Origin: Lama glama | Taxonomy: Eukaryota | DNA: 64,000 nt | Reading direction: 5' to 3' | NCBI GenBank assembly: GCA_028534125.1 | Contig: CM052817.1 | Location: 79,920,001-79,984,000, forward strand | Shown: one piece after another, positions 52,091-64,000 of the stretch | Position numbering within the stretch: position 1 is the first letter of the stretch | Layout of the letters: each line of letters starts with the position of its first letter | Position numbers and translations under genes: made by a program | Notes under the pieces: model-generated | Told to the model about the DNA's origin: nothing | Seen by the model: only the letters and a program-made list of their open reading frames with translations | The model's database searches: none

Positions 52091-53412
52091 CTACATATAT
52101 AATCTCAATCTTTGCAACATCTGTTTTCTTCATCTTATGGATAAGAACATGATCTTAATAAGGTTAAGAAACTTGCCCAAGTTCTCGCAGATAGTAGATA
52201 GTAGAGCTTTAATTTGAACTAAAATTTTATCTGCTTCCAAAGTCTTATTTCTAAGTGTTCATTGTTTTATGAATTTTTTTTTCAATAAGGTAACAACAAA
52301 ACAAGAAAAGAGAATGCCTGGTTTATTTACATGACTCATTTAAATGTATTGGAAAATGGAATTTGATTAGCCTCATGTTGGGTAAAAAATACCATTTTTG
52401 GTTTGGCATTTGTCTTATATGTGATCACATGACAACTTTGCACAGATGATCATTCCAATTATACATACCATGTTTGTTCAAGTTAGAATAATAACAATGT
52501 TGAGCATTAAACTGTTTTTAAAAATAAAGTGTATTATTTTACTTGAGTATTCTTTTATTCTCCCATTATAGAGTATTAACACTCAGTTTTTGTTAAAATA
52601 TTATGAAGATTATGAGTACCACTGATAAATTAACATGGGTGTTCAACTCACTTTATATAATAGATTTTTTTGTGAAGTTGGTATTTGCATGTATTTGTAC
52701 TAAGTACTGAGTAAATCTTGTAATAAATATTTTCCTTTGAAACTAGAAGTCTCACTCTAATACAGATGGTTTTGTTTCCAGATTTTCAAAAAGCTTTGTA
52801 CTATCATGTGGTTTATCAGCTATTTTTCTAGTTCTTATAATCATAAGAAATATCTTTAAATTTTAATTACTCAAGTAACTGTTCTGTCCTTAAAATTGAG
52901 AACAACCCGTTGAATAAACTTGATTCATCTGAGTAAATGGCTTTTCCAAGAAACCTTGTCTACAAGCAGGTGTAGACATTTCTTGAAAGACCAGAGCAGT
53001 GTTGATATGTTTGTGAGACCACCTGCCTCTTGCATATTATAGAACACTGAGAGGTTTGCAGTTATTCTGTACCTACATATAGCCCGTTTTCCCAAAGATA
53101 AACGACTCCTCCTGAACCAGAGTTTAATTAGTTCTTCAAATAATAATCTTTAAGAAATTTCAGCCATGGGATTCCTACATACTCCAGAATATGAATCTGG
53201 ACAGTTGCAGGATCAGCAGAAAGAAGTGGGAAGCAGCAAGAACGAAGGGGTTGCTGACAGTCCCCCAAATTGCTAACAATTACTTCCAAAAGGAAAGGAA
53301 ATATGAATGGAAAAAGTATAAGCAGTTCTTGGAATTAGCCCGCGGGCATCGCGGTCTGGGTGAGTGCAAAACTACAACAAAAAGCAAAACAATCACAACT
53401 CTGTGTTTGTGT

Positions 53413-53723
53413 TGTTGACCTGAGATAAATGGACTGTCGGATATTTCTCCAGCAAAGATAGCTTTATTTGGGGTCAGCAGAGAATCGAAATTCCAGGTCT
53501 GCAAGCACGATGAGCGACGTGCAAGTCCCCACGTGGCAGGGAAAAGAGGGGACTTTCACAGGAAAAGAAGGTTGGGAGGATTATAGTAAACAAAGAGTCC
53601 GTGGCTTTTCACTGGCCGAGTCCTGTCTTCCTGTTGGCTCTGCTGTCCTTGCAGGGTGTGAGAGCTCCCTGTTCTGGTCTCCCAGCTCTATCTAATTGAG
53701 GTTTCTGTATTAATTGTTTTACA
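53413..53723 (-). mobile_element. Probable short solo LTR
   Basis: TG...CA termini and minus-strand AATAAA (ctttattt, ~53463). Confidence 0.5.
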
Positions 53724-53793
53724 GAGTTTGATGTAGAATTGACTAGTGCTGTGGTGATCTAAGCTCTGAAGTATGTCAGATACATTCAGCACA

Positions 53794-54317
53794 TGCTGCA
53801 ACCAAGCAGAGGGCTTGCTTGTGTGCCTGCAGCACAGAAAGCTAAACTTTGGCAGCGAGAGTTTTCAGCAAAGTAAGGATTTATTGCAGGGCGCCAAGCA
53901 AGGCAGTGAGGCCAGCCGCAGATCCACTCCAGCCTGGTCTTTGAGTTAGGGGTTTTTAAAGGAGTAGAACAGAGAGGCTGGGGTTAATCATCGTCTTGTG
54001 ACATTTCTTAACTGTAGTTTCAGGAGTCAGGATGTCTCTAGTTTAAGATTCTCTGGCCAGGTGCTCCATGGCTTGGGGCTCTGTTAACTCATCTTGCCCT
54101 GGAGAAACAAGCTGAGTTTGCGCGTTAATAGTGGTGTTGTGTTTTGTACCTTAATGATGTTATCAACAAAAGCAATTTTCATCATCTGACTCTGGTTGAT
54201 TAGTGTTCAGTTAGCACAGGATTGAGATCCGAGGGGACAAGAATGGGAATAAGTTTTGGGAAAGAGATTAATCACAAATTCAGTAAGGGAACCCAGCTTT
54301 AGGGGGACTTGCTTTCA
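53794..54317 (-). mobile_element. Probable solo LTR (ERV1-like)
   Basis: tg...tttca termini and gatttattgcagggcgccaagcaagg, a typical antisense R/U5 stretch. Confidence 0.6.
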
Positions 54318-55047
54318 ATGTTTCCTTCCAGGAGGACTGAGCCACACTCCAAAGGGGGAGAATGTTGGAAGCAAGTCAAATAGAGCAGGAGAGGAACACT
54401 TGGAATAAGGGAGAGGGCAGAGTTACGTTGGGAATGGTTAAACGATGTCATTTTGTACTAAGCTGGGTGGCCGGGAGACTCAGAGGAAAATAAATGTAAC
54501 CTTGAAGGCTTGGAAATACAGAGCTGGAGGGAGAAAATCTTTCCAACCAGACCTAGCTTTGACATTCAGAGAAGGGCTACACAGAAAGGCTATATTTTCA
54601 GTCCATTAACTGAATTAACTGAACATTAACGTAATTTCAGTACCAGGAGAGAGACCATGAGTCGTGAAGCTGGGAAATTGGCTCTGGCCAGTCCCCACGT
54701 CCTTCACAAGAACCGCTTCCTGTGATGGGCTTCACAGAAACCCATGTAATTTGAACATGGGAGAAAAAAAGAAATGCCATTTAACCTCAAGTGACCTTAG
54801 TACAGGAGAAAAGGTTAAAATGGATTAAGTAATATTTGAATGGACAATGAGAGCACACCAGCGGAAAAAAATGTAGCCACAAAGCAGATGAAAATTAATA
54901 TTTCTAAATGAGATTAAAAAAAACCATTTAGTTTGAAGTTTTTGAAAAACAGCACTCAATAGAAATATCAATCTCAGAAATTAGATAGCTAACAACTGGT
55001 TAGGAAATGACAACTGACACAGCTCAGAAAAGAACTGGCCTAAATCA

Positions 55048-55277
55048 CAGTTGACTGTTGAGCAACATGCGGGTTATGGGGCACTGACCACACCCCCAAC
55101 CCCTCAGAGTCAAAAATCCAAGTATAACTTTGCAGTCAGCCCTCTGTGTCCAAGTTTCCACATCTGAGGATTCCACCAACCTCAGATCATGTAGCAGTGT
55201 AGTATGTTTATTGAAAAAAAATGCTTATATAAGTGGACTCACACAGTTCAAACTTGTGTTGTCCAAGGGCCAACTGT
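55048..55277. mobile_element. Tigger-family MITE (MER8-like)
   Basis: Terminal inverted repeats cagttgactgttgagcaaca ... tgttgtccaagggccaactg. Confidence 0.75.
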
Positions 55278-57138
55278 ATAAGTAACCTAGCAGCAAACTG
55301 ACTCCATGGAAAGCACAGTAAAGAATGTAAATGTCATTTCCAGGGACCCAGTAGAGCAATCTCCTCTGTCACAAGCTTTTCTGAATTTCCTTAACAGAGA
55401 GCAGAGATCTGCATTGTACCATTTTTCCTTTTAAGATAATGATTTAAATGACCAAACTTTACAAAGGATGACTTTTTCCCTGTAAAGCAGGGACCAGTCT
55501 AACATGAGAGTCACCCTCTGGAACCATTCAAAGCCATTAATTTCTCATTTAAGTTTCGGGGCAGTTCTTGGCTCCCTAGTTCATGCCATTGGTCTACTCT
55601 GAAAGCCTCTGTTTAGTGAGGGGACAGCAATGGTGGATCAAAGGGATCCAGGATCTCTCAGGGTGGCAGTGCCTTGCATTCACCCATTGGCAGAGTTTCC
55701 ATGATCATAGCTTCACAGGCCCACAGACTTTTGTCCGGATAAGAGGAGGTGATCATCATCAAGGTAACCAACTCATACTAACCAAGCACACAGACAGTTG
55801 TGTAAACCAAGCTGCTAATTTCATATTTATATTTGTATCATAGCTACTAGAGAAAAACAGAATACTCATATGAGCTGAGCCAAGAATTTGTTTCTCCTGT
55901 GTATGAAAGTCTCTGGGAAGGCTGGAATCCAAGCCAAGGTTCTCCTCTGAGAGCAGGCTAGCCAGATACCCTCTCTTCAGGAGCAATGCAGGGGCTCACC
56001 ACTAACCAGGACGCTGAGCTCTTCGCTCATTTCTTTTGTTGTCATGCCCTTTATTCAGATGTTAATTAATTAGACACTACTATTTTTTTTTTTTGCTCAA
56101 TCATATTTCGCACCTGCCTTCTGGAGGCAGCACCCTGTGGCCCCTTTGAGTGATAACTTATTGCTTTGATTTAGGAAACATCTTCCCTAGAGTGACATCT
56201 AATAACCACAATCACCCACCTCATAATACTTGTTTAACCCCTAGAGCTTCACCTTATCTTCAGGTTTTAGGAGTAACAGATTATAGTCTCCCATGGACCA
56301 ACTAGATGTTCTTTCTCTCTTCCAAGATAAAAGAATGATGACAAGAAGTATCTATCAGCTTCCAAGATGTGCTTGTCACATAAGCATTGGACTGAAAACT
56401 AGGAGACCTTTGTTCAAATTCTGACTTTTCCCCTGTGTGACCTTGGGCAAGTCACCTAACCTGTTTTAATGTTTCCTTATCTGTAAAATGTATTCTTAAA
56501 GCGACTTTGAGGTTTAAATTAAATATGCATTATGATAACCTAACTCCACACATATTTATTGCATGCAAATATCCAGGGAAGTAAGTCAGGCACTTGAAAC
56601 ATTGTTCTGAAACAATTTTATGAGATTTCTGTTCCTTTCCTAGCTTTACAATTTTAGCGATTCTCCTCTGTGCCCCTGCCTTTCTGGCCCTCTTCATGGT
56701 GATTGGAAATAATGTCTCTTGAACAAAAAGGGTCAGTGTGCCTACTCTGGAGATAAGAGCAACAGGAAAGGAGAGGACTAGGCAGGATGTGTTCCACTTC
56801 TCAGAGGCTGGAGATAAGAACCCAGGCACTTGAAGAAAATCAGACAAATAATTAGAATAGTAGGTTTGGTGTAGTGTTTTCCCTGTGAAAGAGTTCCTAG
56901 AGTCCCATGGACCACTTGTGAGAGTAGCGGGGCTGCTCTCTCCCACATGGGCGTGCTCGTCTAAGAGGGCAAAGTCAAGCCCAGGCTAAGGAGGCTCAGC
57001 GGGGAGCAGCAGGTGACTGTAAACCCCACTGCGCCTCAGCCAGCCTCCTTTGAAGTACGCATGTGTCTGTTACAAACCTCGCTGTCAAGTTCTCACTGCG
57101 ATTGCCACCTACTTTGCCTCAGTATTTTGTTTATATAG

Positions 57139-57930
57139 AGCAGTAGTTCTCAACTTTGGCTTCATGTAAGAATCACCTGGGGAGTTTTTAAGAACTATAA
57201 TGGCTGACCATATCCACAGAGAGTTATTTAACTGGTCTGAGGTCAGGATGCCAGGCATTGGTATTTTTTGTTTGTTTTGTATAAGATGAGGTTTATTTGG
57301 ACTAGACAAGTAATTTGAGGTAAAGTACAAATATGAATATGATATAATCTAAACTAAATTTTAAAAGAAGTACATTGTATTGATCGTTTTGTAATGTATA
57401 TTTTTTAAAAGTATATGCATCCTTGCTATGCCAGCTATTAGAACACCAATCTAGTAAAACCCAGATTAATTTTGAGTTCAGAGGGAAAAGTAGAAACTCA
57501 GGCTCTCTTAGCATCTTTCTTGACCATATTCCTCCTTCTGGTCCAGTATGCTTTCTCAGCAACCAATCCATGGAAACAGCCTGTATCACACTCTGCTGCA
57601 GTCACCTGTTTCCCTGTCTCTCTTCCCCTGTAGGCTGACTGTAGGCTCCTCAGTGGTAGAGACCTTGTCTGATCATTTTGTATCTCCAGGTTCAGGGGAA
57701 TCAGGTGTTGGTATTTTCAAGGGCTTCCCATGTGACTGGAATGTACAGTCAGGTCTGAGAACCACTTACATAAAGGTTCGGTAGTTCTCAATCCCTGGCT
57801 GCACTTTAGTATCACCTGGGGAGCTTTTAGACATATCAAATCAGAAGCCCTAGAGCTGGGGCCTGGGTATCTGGATTTTTAAGGCTCCGCATAGAATTAT
57901 TACATGCAGCCAAGATTGATCAGCATGACT
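57139..57930. mobile_element. Cluster of hAT-Charlie MER5-like fragments
   Basis: cagtagttctcaa...aatcacctggggag motifs at ~57141 and ~57781, plus a reverse copy ending at ~57764. Confidence 0.65.
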
Positions 57931-60900
57931 ATAACTTAAATAGAATATGAAGAGGTCTTTTTAATACAAAGTAATTGCTAACCATCCCTGGGAAAACTGT
58001 GAACCCACGTATTCAGGGGAAAGACACAGTTGCAATTTTGCAAAAATATTAAAATCATGCACTTAACTACAGGCTGCAGAAGCTAATGTGGGAAAGGGCA
58101 CAGCAACAAAGAAGAATAAGGAAAGATGACAAATCTTCATGCATTATTTTATATGAAACACCTGGAATGCTTAAAATATTAGATATCATCCACTTTAACT
58201 CAGCGTTAATCTAAAGAAAGATTGCTCCTGGCAAAGTGTTGATCACAGATCACAGCTACCCTTGAAGAGCACTTCTTCGTGCCAAGCGTGTTGGGGAGCA
58301 TTCCACAGGCACTGGCTTGCCTAATCTTCACGGTAGTTCTGTGAGGCAGGCTCTGTCATTATCTTCATTTTGCATATAAACTGAGGCACAGAGGCTCGGT
58401 GTCTTGCCCAAAGTACACAGCAGTGTAGACAGAGGTACAGTCTGGCAGCAGGACTCAAGAGACCCTAATGGCAGCCAGTGGTCTCTGCAGAGGGGCAGAC
58501 GCGGAGACAGGAAGGTCCGTTGGGGTGCAAGAGGAATATATTAGAATTTCTACTTCTGTTCATTCTTGTTTTCTGTAATTTTAATTTTTTCCACTATGTT
58601 ACATAATTTACATATCATATTAGTTTGGTAGGATATAAATACATTATTTTAGATAAGTAAATGTGCATATATTGAGTCTTATGATCAGAGAAGTTTGAAG
58701 ACCATCTATCTAGGAGCTAATGGTGATGCAAATAGCATGTGGTCTGTTTTGATGGAGTAGAAAGTGACCTAGGAGGAAATACTCACTCAAGGGTGAAAAG
58801 CAGATGAATTTTGGTTAGCTCTATCTTCTTCTGTAGGTAAAAACATTGAGACTTTGCAAAAATGTAATATATTTTAGTGACATACCCTCAAACATTTTGA
58901 AATACTTTTCAATGAGCCATTCTAAAAAATCTAGTTTCTTTGTTACTTTGAATGAGTTTTCGCCTGTGACCACATAGCAATATTTTTTCCTGGAGCTTTT
59001 TAAGACAGTGTGGGTCTTTATTTAGACTAGAGAATTTATTAACCCTTTTAGGTTGACTCCTCGGGTAACACAGTCCACAGTGTGCAAAGCAGCAGGCCTG
59101 CCAGTTTGCCTGTGCTGCTTGTGGTCTCACTTCCAGGCTCTTCCATCATGTCGTACAAGCCCTTATTTTGCATCTGACTTTATCCTTGACCAATTTTATT
59201 GCATGTTCTGGCACCTCTATTCTTCCTAAATACTTTTATCTCTCTCCTCAGAGCCAGCCCCTTTCTTTTTATCTTTAACCATGGCTTGTCTTTTCCTTTT
59301 CCCCTATTCACACTTCCATCCTGGGTTTTGTTTTTTTTTTAATGTATTAATGATTCTTTCCATTATTCTTTCAGAACATTTTTAGAAGAAACCCTTGGTC
59401 TCTTTTCCCCTAACACACCAAGGTAACCATTATTAATATTTGGGGCATGGTTTTCCCAGGCCCCTCTGTGTGGGGACAGAGAGATATGTTCCTTATAATT
59501 TCTAAGTGGAATCATATGAAACACACTGCCATATAACCTACTTCTCTGAAGTGTTCTATTAAGAAACTTCCCCCAGTATCATTAAATAGAGTTCAGTAAT
59601 TTCAATGGCATCATATTATTCCAGCTCAATAACCTACTATAATTTATTTAACACATATCCTAGCTGACATTTGGTTCAGTTCCAGCTTGGGTGCTATTAT
59701 AAACAAGGCTATAAAAAGTGTATTTATAGCTGAATCTTTACTCTCTATGGTTGTATCATTTGAATAATTCTTAATGATGGATATTGGATCAATAGGTAGG
59801 TGGACATTTTAGCTTTTCTTATATATTTTTGCCAAATTGTTCTTCTAAAAGGCTCTATAAATGAAAGTGTCAATTCACAGCAATTGTCAACATGAGTATT
59901 ATTATTAAAATTTTGTTTAACTAATTTGGGTGAAAATGCAGTCTCATCGTAGTTAACCCTTCTTTGATTATTAGTGAGAAAGAAAGAACAGTGAATTTTT
60001 TCTTTGTATTATTTAATGTTTGTAAAACACCTATATATTTTCTTTTGATTTTCTTCCTCGGGTGTTATGTTTAGAAAGGTCTTCCCAATGCCAAGATTGT
60101 GTTATAATCACCGATATAGGCTTCTAGTAATTTTAAGGTCTTCATCATTTACATTTAAATATTTAATGCCTCTGGAATTTATTTTAGTAGATGATATAAG
60201 ACTCTAAAAGAAAGTTTTCTAAATGGTTATCTAGTTGTCCCAACCTCATTATAGGGTTTTCGTTGTCCACTCAGGTATTTCTTAGCGGTGAGGATGAAAT
60301 ACCAACAGAAAAAGAGATACCATGTTCTCAGTTGCTATGAAACATTTTCATGCCTTTCTGACTGTGCGTTCATCCTGTTCAGTGTTCTATCATTTGTTTC
60401 TGCCACTGTAGCACCATACACTACTGAAAAAAAAATACATGGTAGAAACTTGTCCTAACAGTGATGAGAAATGACTGTGCTCGATTGAGAGCTACTCTCC
60501 CAAAGAAGTGTTTTAAAACACAGTTTTCTTCTTAAGGGTCATCAGATCTTTACTCTGAAAAACCTAAAAGATTTCTTCTTTCTTTTGACCTGTAGGTGGC
60601 AAACTTCCACTCTTATGCTCTTTTAAATCTTTGACCTGCCTGTTTAAAGTCCACAAAAAGAAAGGTGAGATTATTTCAGTGTGAGTTAGCATAAATATAA
60701 AGGTAAGGAGATTTAAAGTAAAAGGACAGTAAAAATAAAAGGCAGTTGCTTTTAATTATTATATGTTTTGAGATGGTCAGTGGAGAATAGTCAGAGTCCC
60801 AGCTCTGCTGTCAACTAGCTGTGACTTGGGAAGGTGATTCAAGTTCTCTAGCCTCTGTGATTTCACGTCTAAATCACAAAGTTGAATGAGCTCATCCCTG

Positions 60901-62799
60901 TTATACTTTCCAGCTCTCCATGTTATGATTCTTGTTACAAATTTAAATCCCTGACCAATTTTGAATGATGGTGAAACTTGTTTGAAAGGGGGTCAAAATG
61001 TCCAAAATTGCTCCTTAAAAGATGATAATAAGGACAGACTTTAATACTGATCAGAAAAAAATTTTAGTACATGATGGTTAAAACATTGGGGCTTCAAAAA
61101 TTGGCCAATTATACATTCAGACCATTATAATGACTTATTTTATTACAAACCAGGAGTAATACAATAGAGAGAGATAACTTTTTTCAATGATTAAAAAAAG
61201 AATTTAGATCTATTGTCAGTGCAGCCATATCAGTAGGTTATAATGGGTTCAAAAGTAGAATATAAAAAATAAATCTGCAAGGAATCAGAACGTAAAATAT
61301 AAAACCCAAAGAAGCTAGAATAGTATATGTAAATATATATATATATAAATGTACTATTTTATATCTGTGTATTTTATAATAAAATATGTAATGTTTTACA
61401 TATAAAATATATGGTAATATATGTAAATATATGGGAGATAAATTAGTGGCTATTAAAAAAAGAGAAGAAAGTTTTTAACACAACGTACCTTTTTCTGTAC
61501 TACAAGAGTAAAAACATTTTCAAGTGACAAGAGCTCAGTGTTACATACCATGAAAAGCTCACTGTTTTAAATGTATGAATATATATCTGGGCAGCAGTTG
61601 GGGTCTCCCTAACTTAAATCTAGTAACTCTGATATCAGAAAGCCCTCTGAGAATTTTATTGTGCCCCCCAAACACACATACACACACACACACCCATCCA
61701 TCTACTTCTCCCTCCTGTCTTTCTTTTCCTCTCACCACCCTTATCTTCTCCAGTCTTACTTTCTACAGCTAATCCCTTCATTCATAGTAAGCTCTTTATG
61801 GATTTTTAAAGTATTTTATTAAAGATCTGAGGAAGTTACAGGGAGGCCAGTTTTCAGAATGTGGAGTGCTGGCCTCTCGCTGTTTCCTCATTACACCCTC
61901 CTTTCCTGCTTTTCCTCTCTCATCTGCCTTCTTCTTCCCTCAATAAAATCATCCCTAGTTTCAAGAAGAGTTCTTCCTATAGTTATCCTCAACTACAAAC
62001 TCCCATTTGCCAAAGAGGACAGTTTTCCCTAAAAGGCGTATTGGTAAATAAAATTTCCTCCATCTAACTTCACGTATTAGGTTGGCATTTAAATTCCACT
62101 TAAAAAGGGGGAAATGAGTTACACGTAGAAAATGCACAGCTTGCTCCTACAGTGCCGTACACAGCAGAGCCACTTTAAAGCAGCGTTTTGCATACTAGTT
62201 AGAGTAGAAAACGTATGAAAGATAAAACTCAGTGTTGGGGAGCGTGTGGGAAAGCGTGCATTTATATACACTGCTGGAGAGAATGCAAATTGGCTTAACT
62301 TCAAATTGTTCTCCTACAAAAATGTTAATAGTAGTATTACGAAAAATGGAAACAAGCCAAATATTCCACAATGGAGAATATTTAGACAAATATGTTAATG
62401 TGATGGAATGAATAGTGGACTACTTTTACTTCAACACATAAACAAGTTTATAAATAGTGATAAAGTAGAAACAGAACTCAAGATAATATTAACTTTTTAG
62501 CTATGTGAAAACAGTAACAATGATTGGAACCCTGAAGAATGTAAATAATTTCAGTTCTAACTACTAGTCATAATTATTCTATCTTGTATTATATCTTTCA
62601 ATACACTAAGACCAATTTATTCAAGTCTATTTGAGTTGATTCTAATAGTTTGAACCATCTCCCAAAGATTTTCTTCCTTTTAATATTGCTGTAAGTCAGA
62701 TTTTTCTAATGCATTAGTTGAATATAGGAATAAATTAGATACCTTCAAAAGTTTGTTAGTGTGTGACAATCTAAAAAATTTCTGACCAGCACTGCTCAG

Positions 62800-63130
62800 A
62801 ACTATCTAGGTTGTGACAAAACAAGAAAAGTCTGAGAAATAGGCATAGAGGAGCCCAAGGAGACATGAGGACCGGAAGTAATGTGTGCTCCTGGCCGGGG
62901 TCCTGGAACAGAAAGAGGACATTGGTAAAAATTCAGGAAATGAGAATAAAATTTGGACTCCAATGAATAATGATGTATCAATACTCACTTATTAATTGTG
63001 ATAAATGTACCATCCTAAAATAGGATGTTAATTATAAGAGAAACTAGATGCAGGCTATATGGGAATTCTCTGGGCTCTTTTCGCAATTTTTCTGTACGTC
63101 TAAACTATCCTAAAATTAAATTTTTATTTA
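62800..63130 (+). mobile_element. Old L1 (L1MC-like) 3' end
   Basis: tcctggaacagaaagaggacatt...ttaattgtgataaatgtacca...gcaatttttctgta. Confidence 0.65.
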
Positions 63131-64000
63131 AAAAATATATTAGTACATTCGGACAACTTTAACACCATCAGTAACGAAAGGTACCCTTCAGTAAAGAGAA
63201 TGGTACATTATAAGAGCTGAGGATGTAGAAAGTACTAGACAAACCACTGTCCTTGTCCCAGGGGTATATGAGCTGTCTCCAACAGGAGCAAGTGATAGGA
63301 ATACATTCCAAGGGCACGACGCAAACTCTAGTTTCTAACAAAATGTTTTTACTTACCAATCTGTAAAGTTGTTACTATTACACTACAATATGTAATGAAG
63401 TCTATTCATATTATTTTGAGGATTCTTTTCCTTTTCTGAAAATTGTTTTTCCTTTTCCATTCTGTCTGCCATTTTTCTTCGCAATTGCATTTTTAAAATG
63501 TATTTTTAAATTTAAAACATGTAAAACATTTTAAAACATTAAAAAATTAAAAATTTTAACTTTAAAAAATTTCCCAATATGTTTGTCTGGTGATGTGAAG
63601 AAGATTCTTTGTATACTGTTCACTACCAATGAGAAGCAAATTGGCAGTTTCAGTCTGTTGACAACATTGAGACTGGTTTGATGTCTAAAAAAAGTAGACC
63701 TGTTTTCCGGTGTTAACCTCAGAGTGGGAGGTGGAAAAGGCTGCTTCCCAATAGGTTTCCATTTTGGACTAGTATGAAAACAAAAGACATGAGGCCAATG
63801 TAGTACATTTTCTTCTCATCCCTCTAACTAAATTATACATTAACACAGTTTCTTTTTAATGCATTAAAAATGTTTTAAACTAGCGTTTGTGTTTTCTTAT
63901 TTAAAAGCAGTAGAAACCTCTGTTAATGAAGTCATTTATTTTCTTAGAAATAATTATTGGTTTCCTGCAGCATTTCTGAAACTGTCTTGTAAGAAGCACA

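Noticed and set aside
52100..64000. Exons of a downstream gene such as FGF2, expected by synteny
   Set aside because: No CpG island or recognisable coding exon. The region appears intergenic and repeat-rich.

Overview
Mammalian genomic DNA, most likely from a camelid given a Vic-1-like tRNA-derived SINE. Two protein-coding genes sit head-to-head. The first is an intact 5-exon centrin-4 (CETN4, minus strand, 168 aa, 32927-35854). The second is BBS12 (plus strand), whose whole 714-aa CDS lies in one exon (46123-48267). They share a ~400-bp GC-rich promoter with RFX X-box-like, CCAAT, ETS and GC-box motifs. The rest is mostly repeats: L1, L2, MaLR, DNA transposons and several solo LTRs. The most unusual element is a 5.45-kb class I (gamma-like) ERV at 7442-12897 that has the structure of viral RNA rather than a provirus: R-U5-PBS-gag-pro-[RT deleted]-IN-[env deleted]-U3-R-polyA, flanked by a 12-bp target-site duplication. 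This points to an L1-retrotransposed processed copy of a defective retrovirus. An ancient two-LTR ERVL-like element with an env-TM-like remnant begins 125 bp after the BBS12 stop. The 500-N gap is flanked by an exact 199-bp duplication and is probably an assembly artefact. Repeat family names come from recalled consensus sequences, not database searches.
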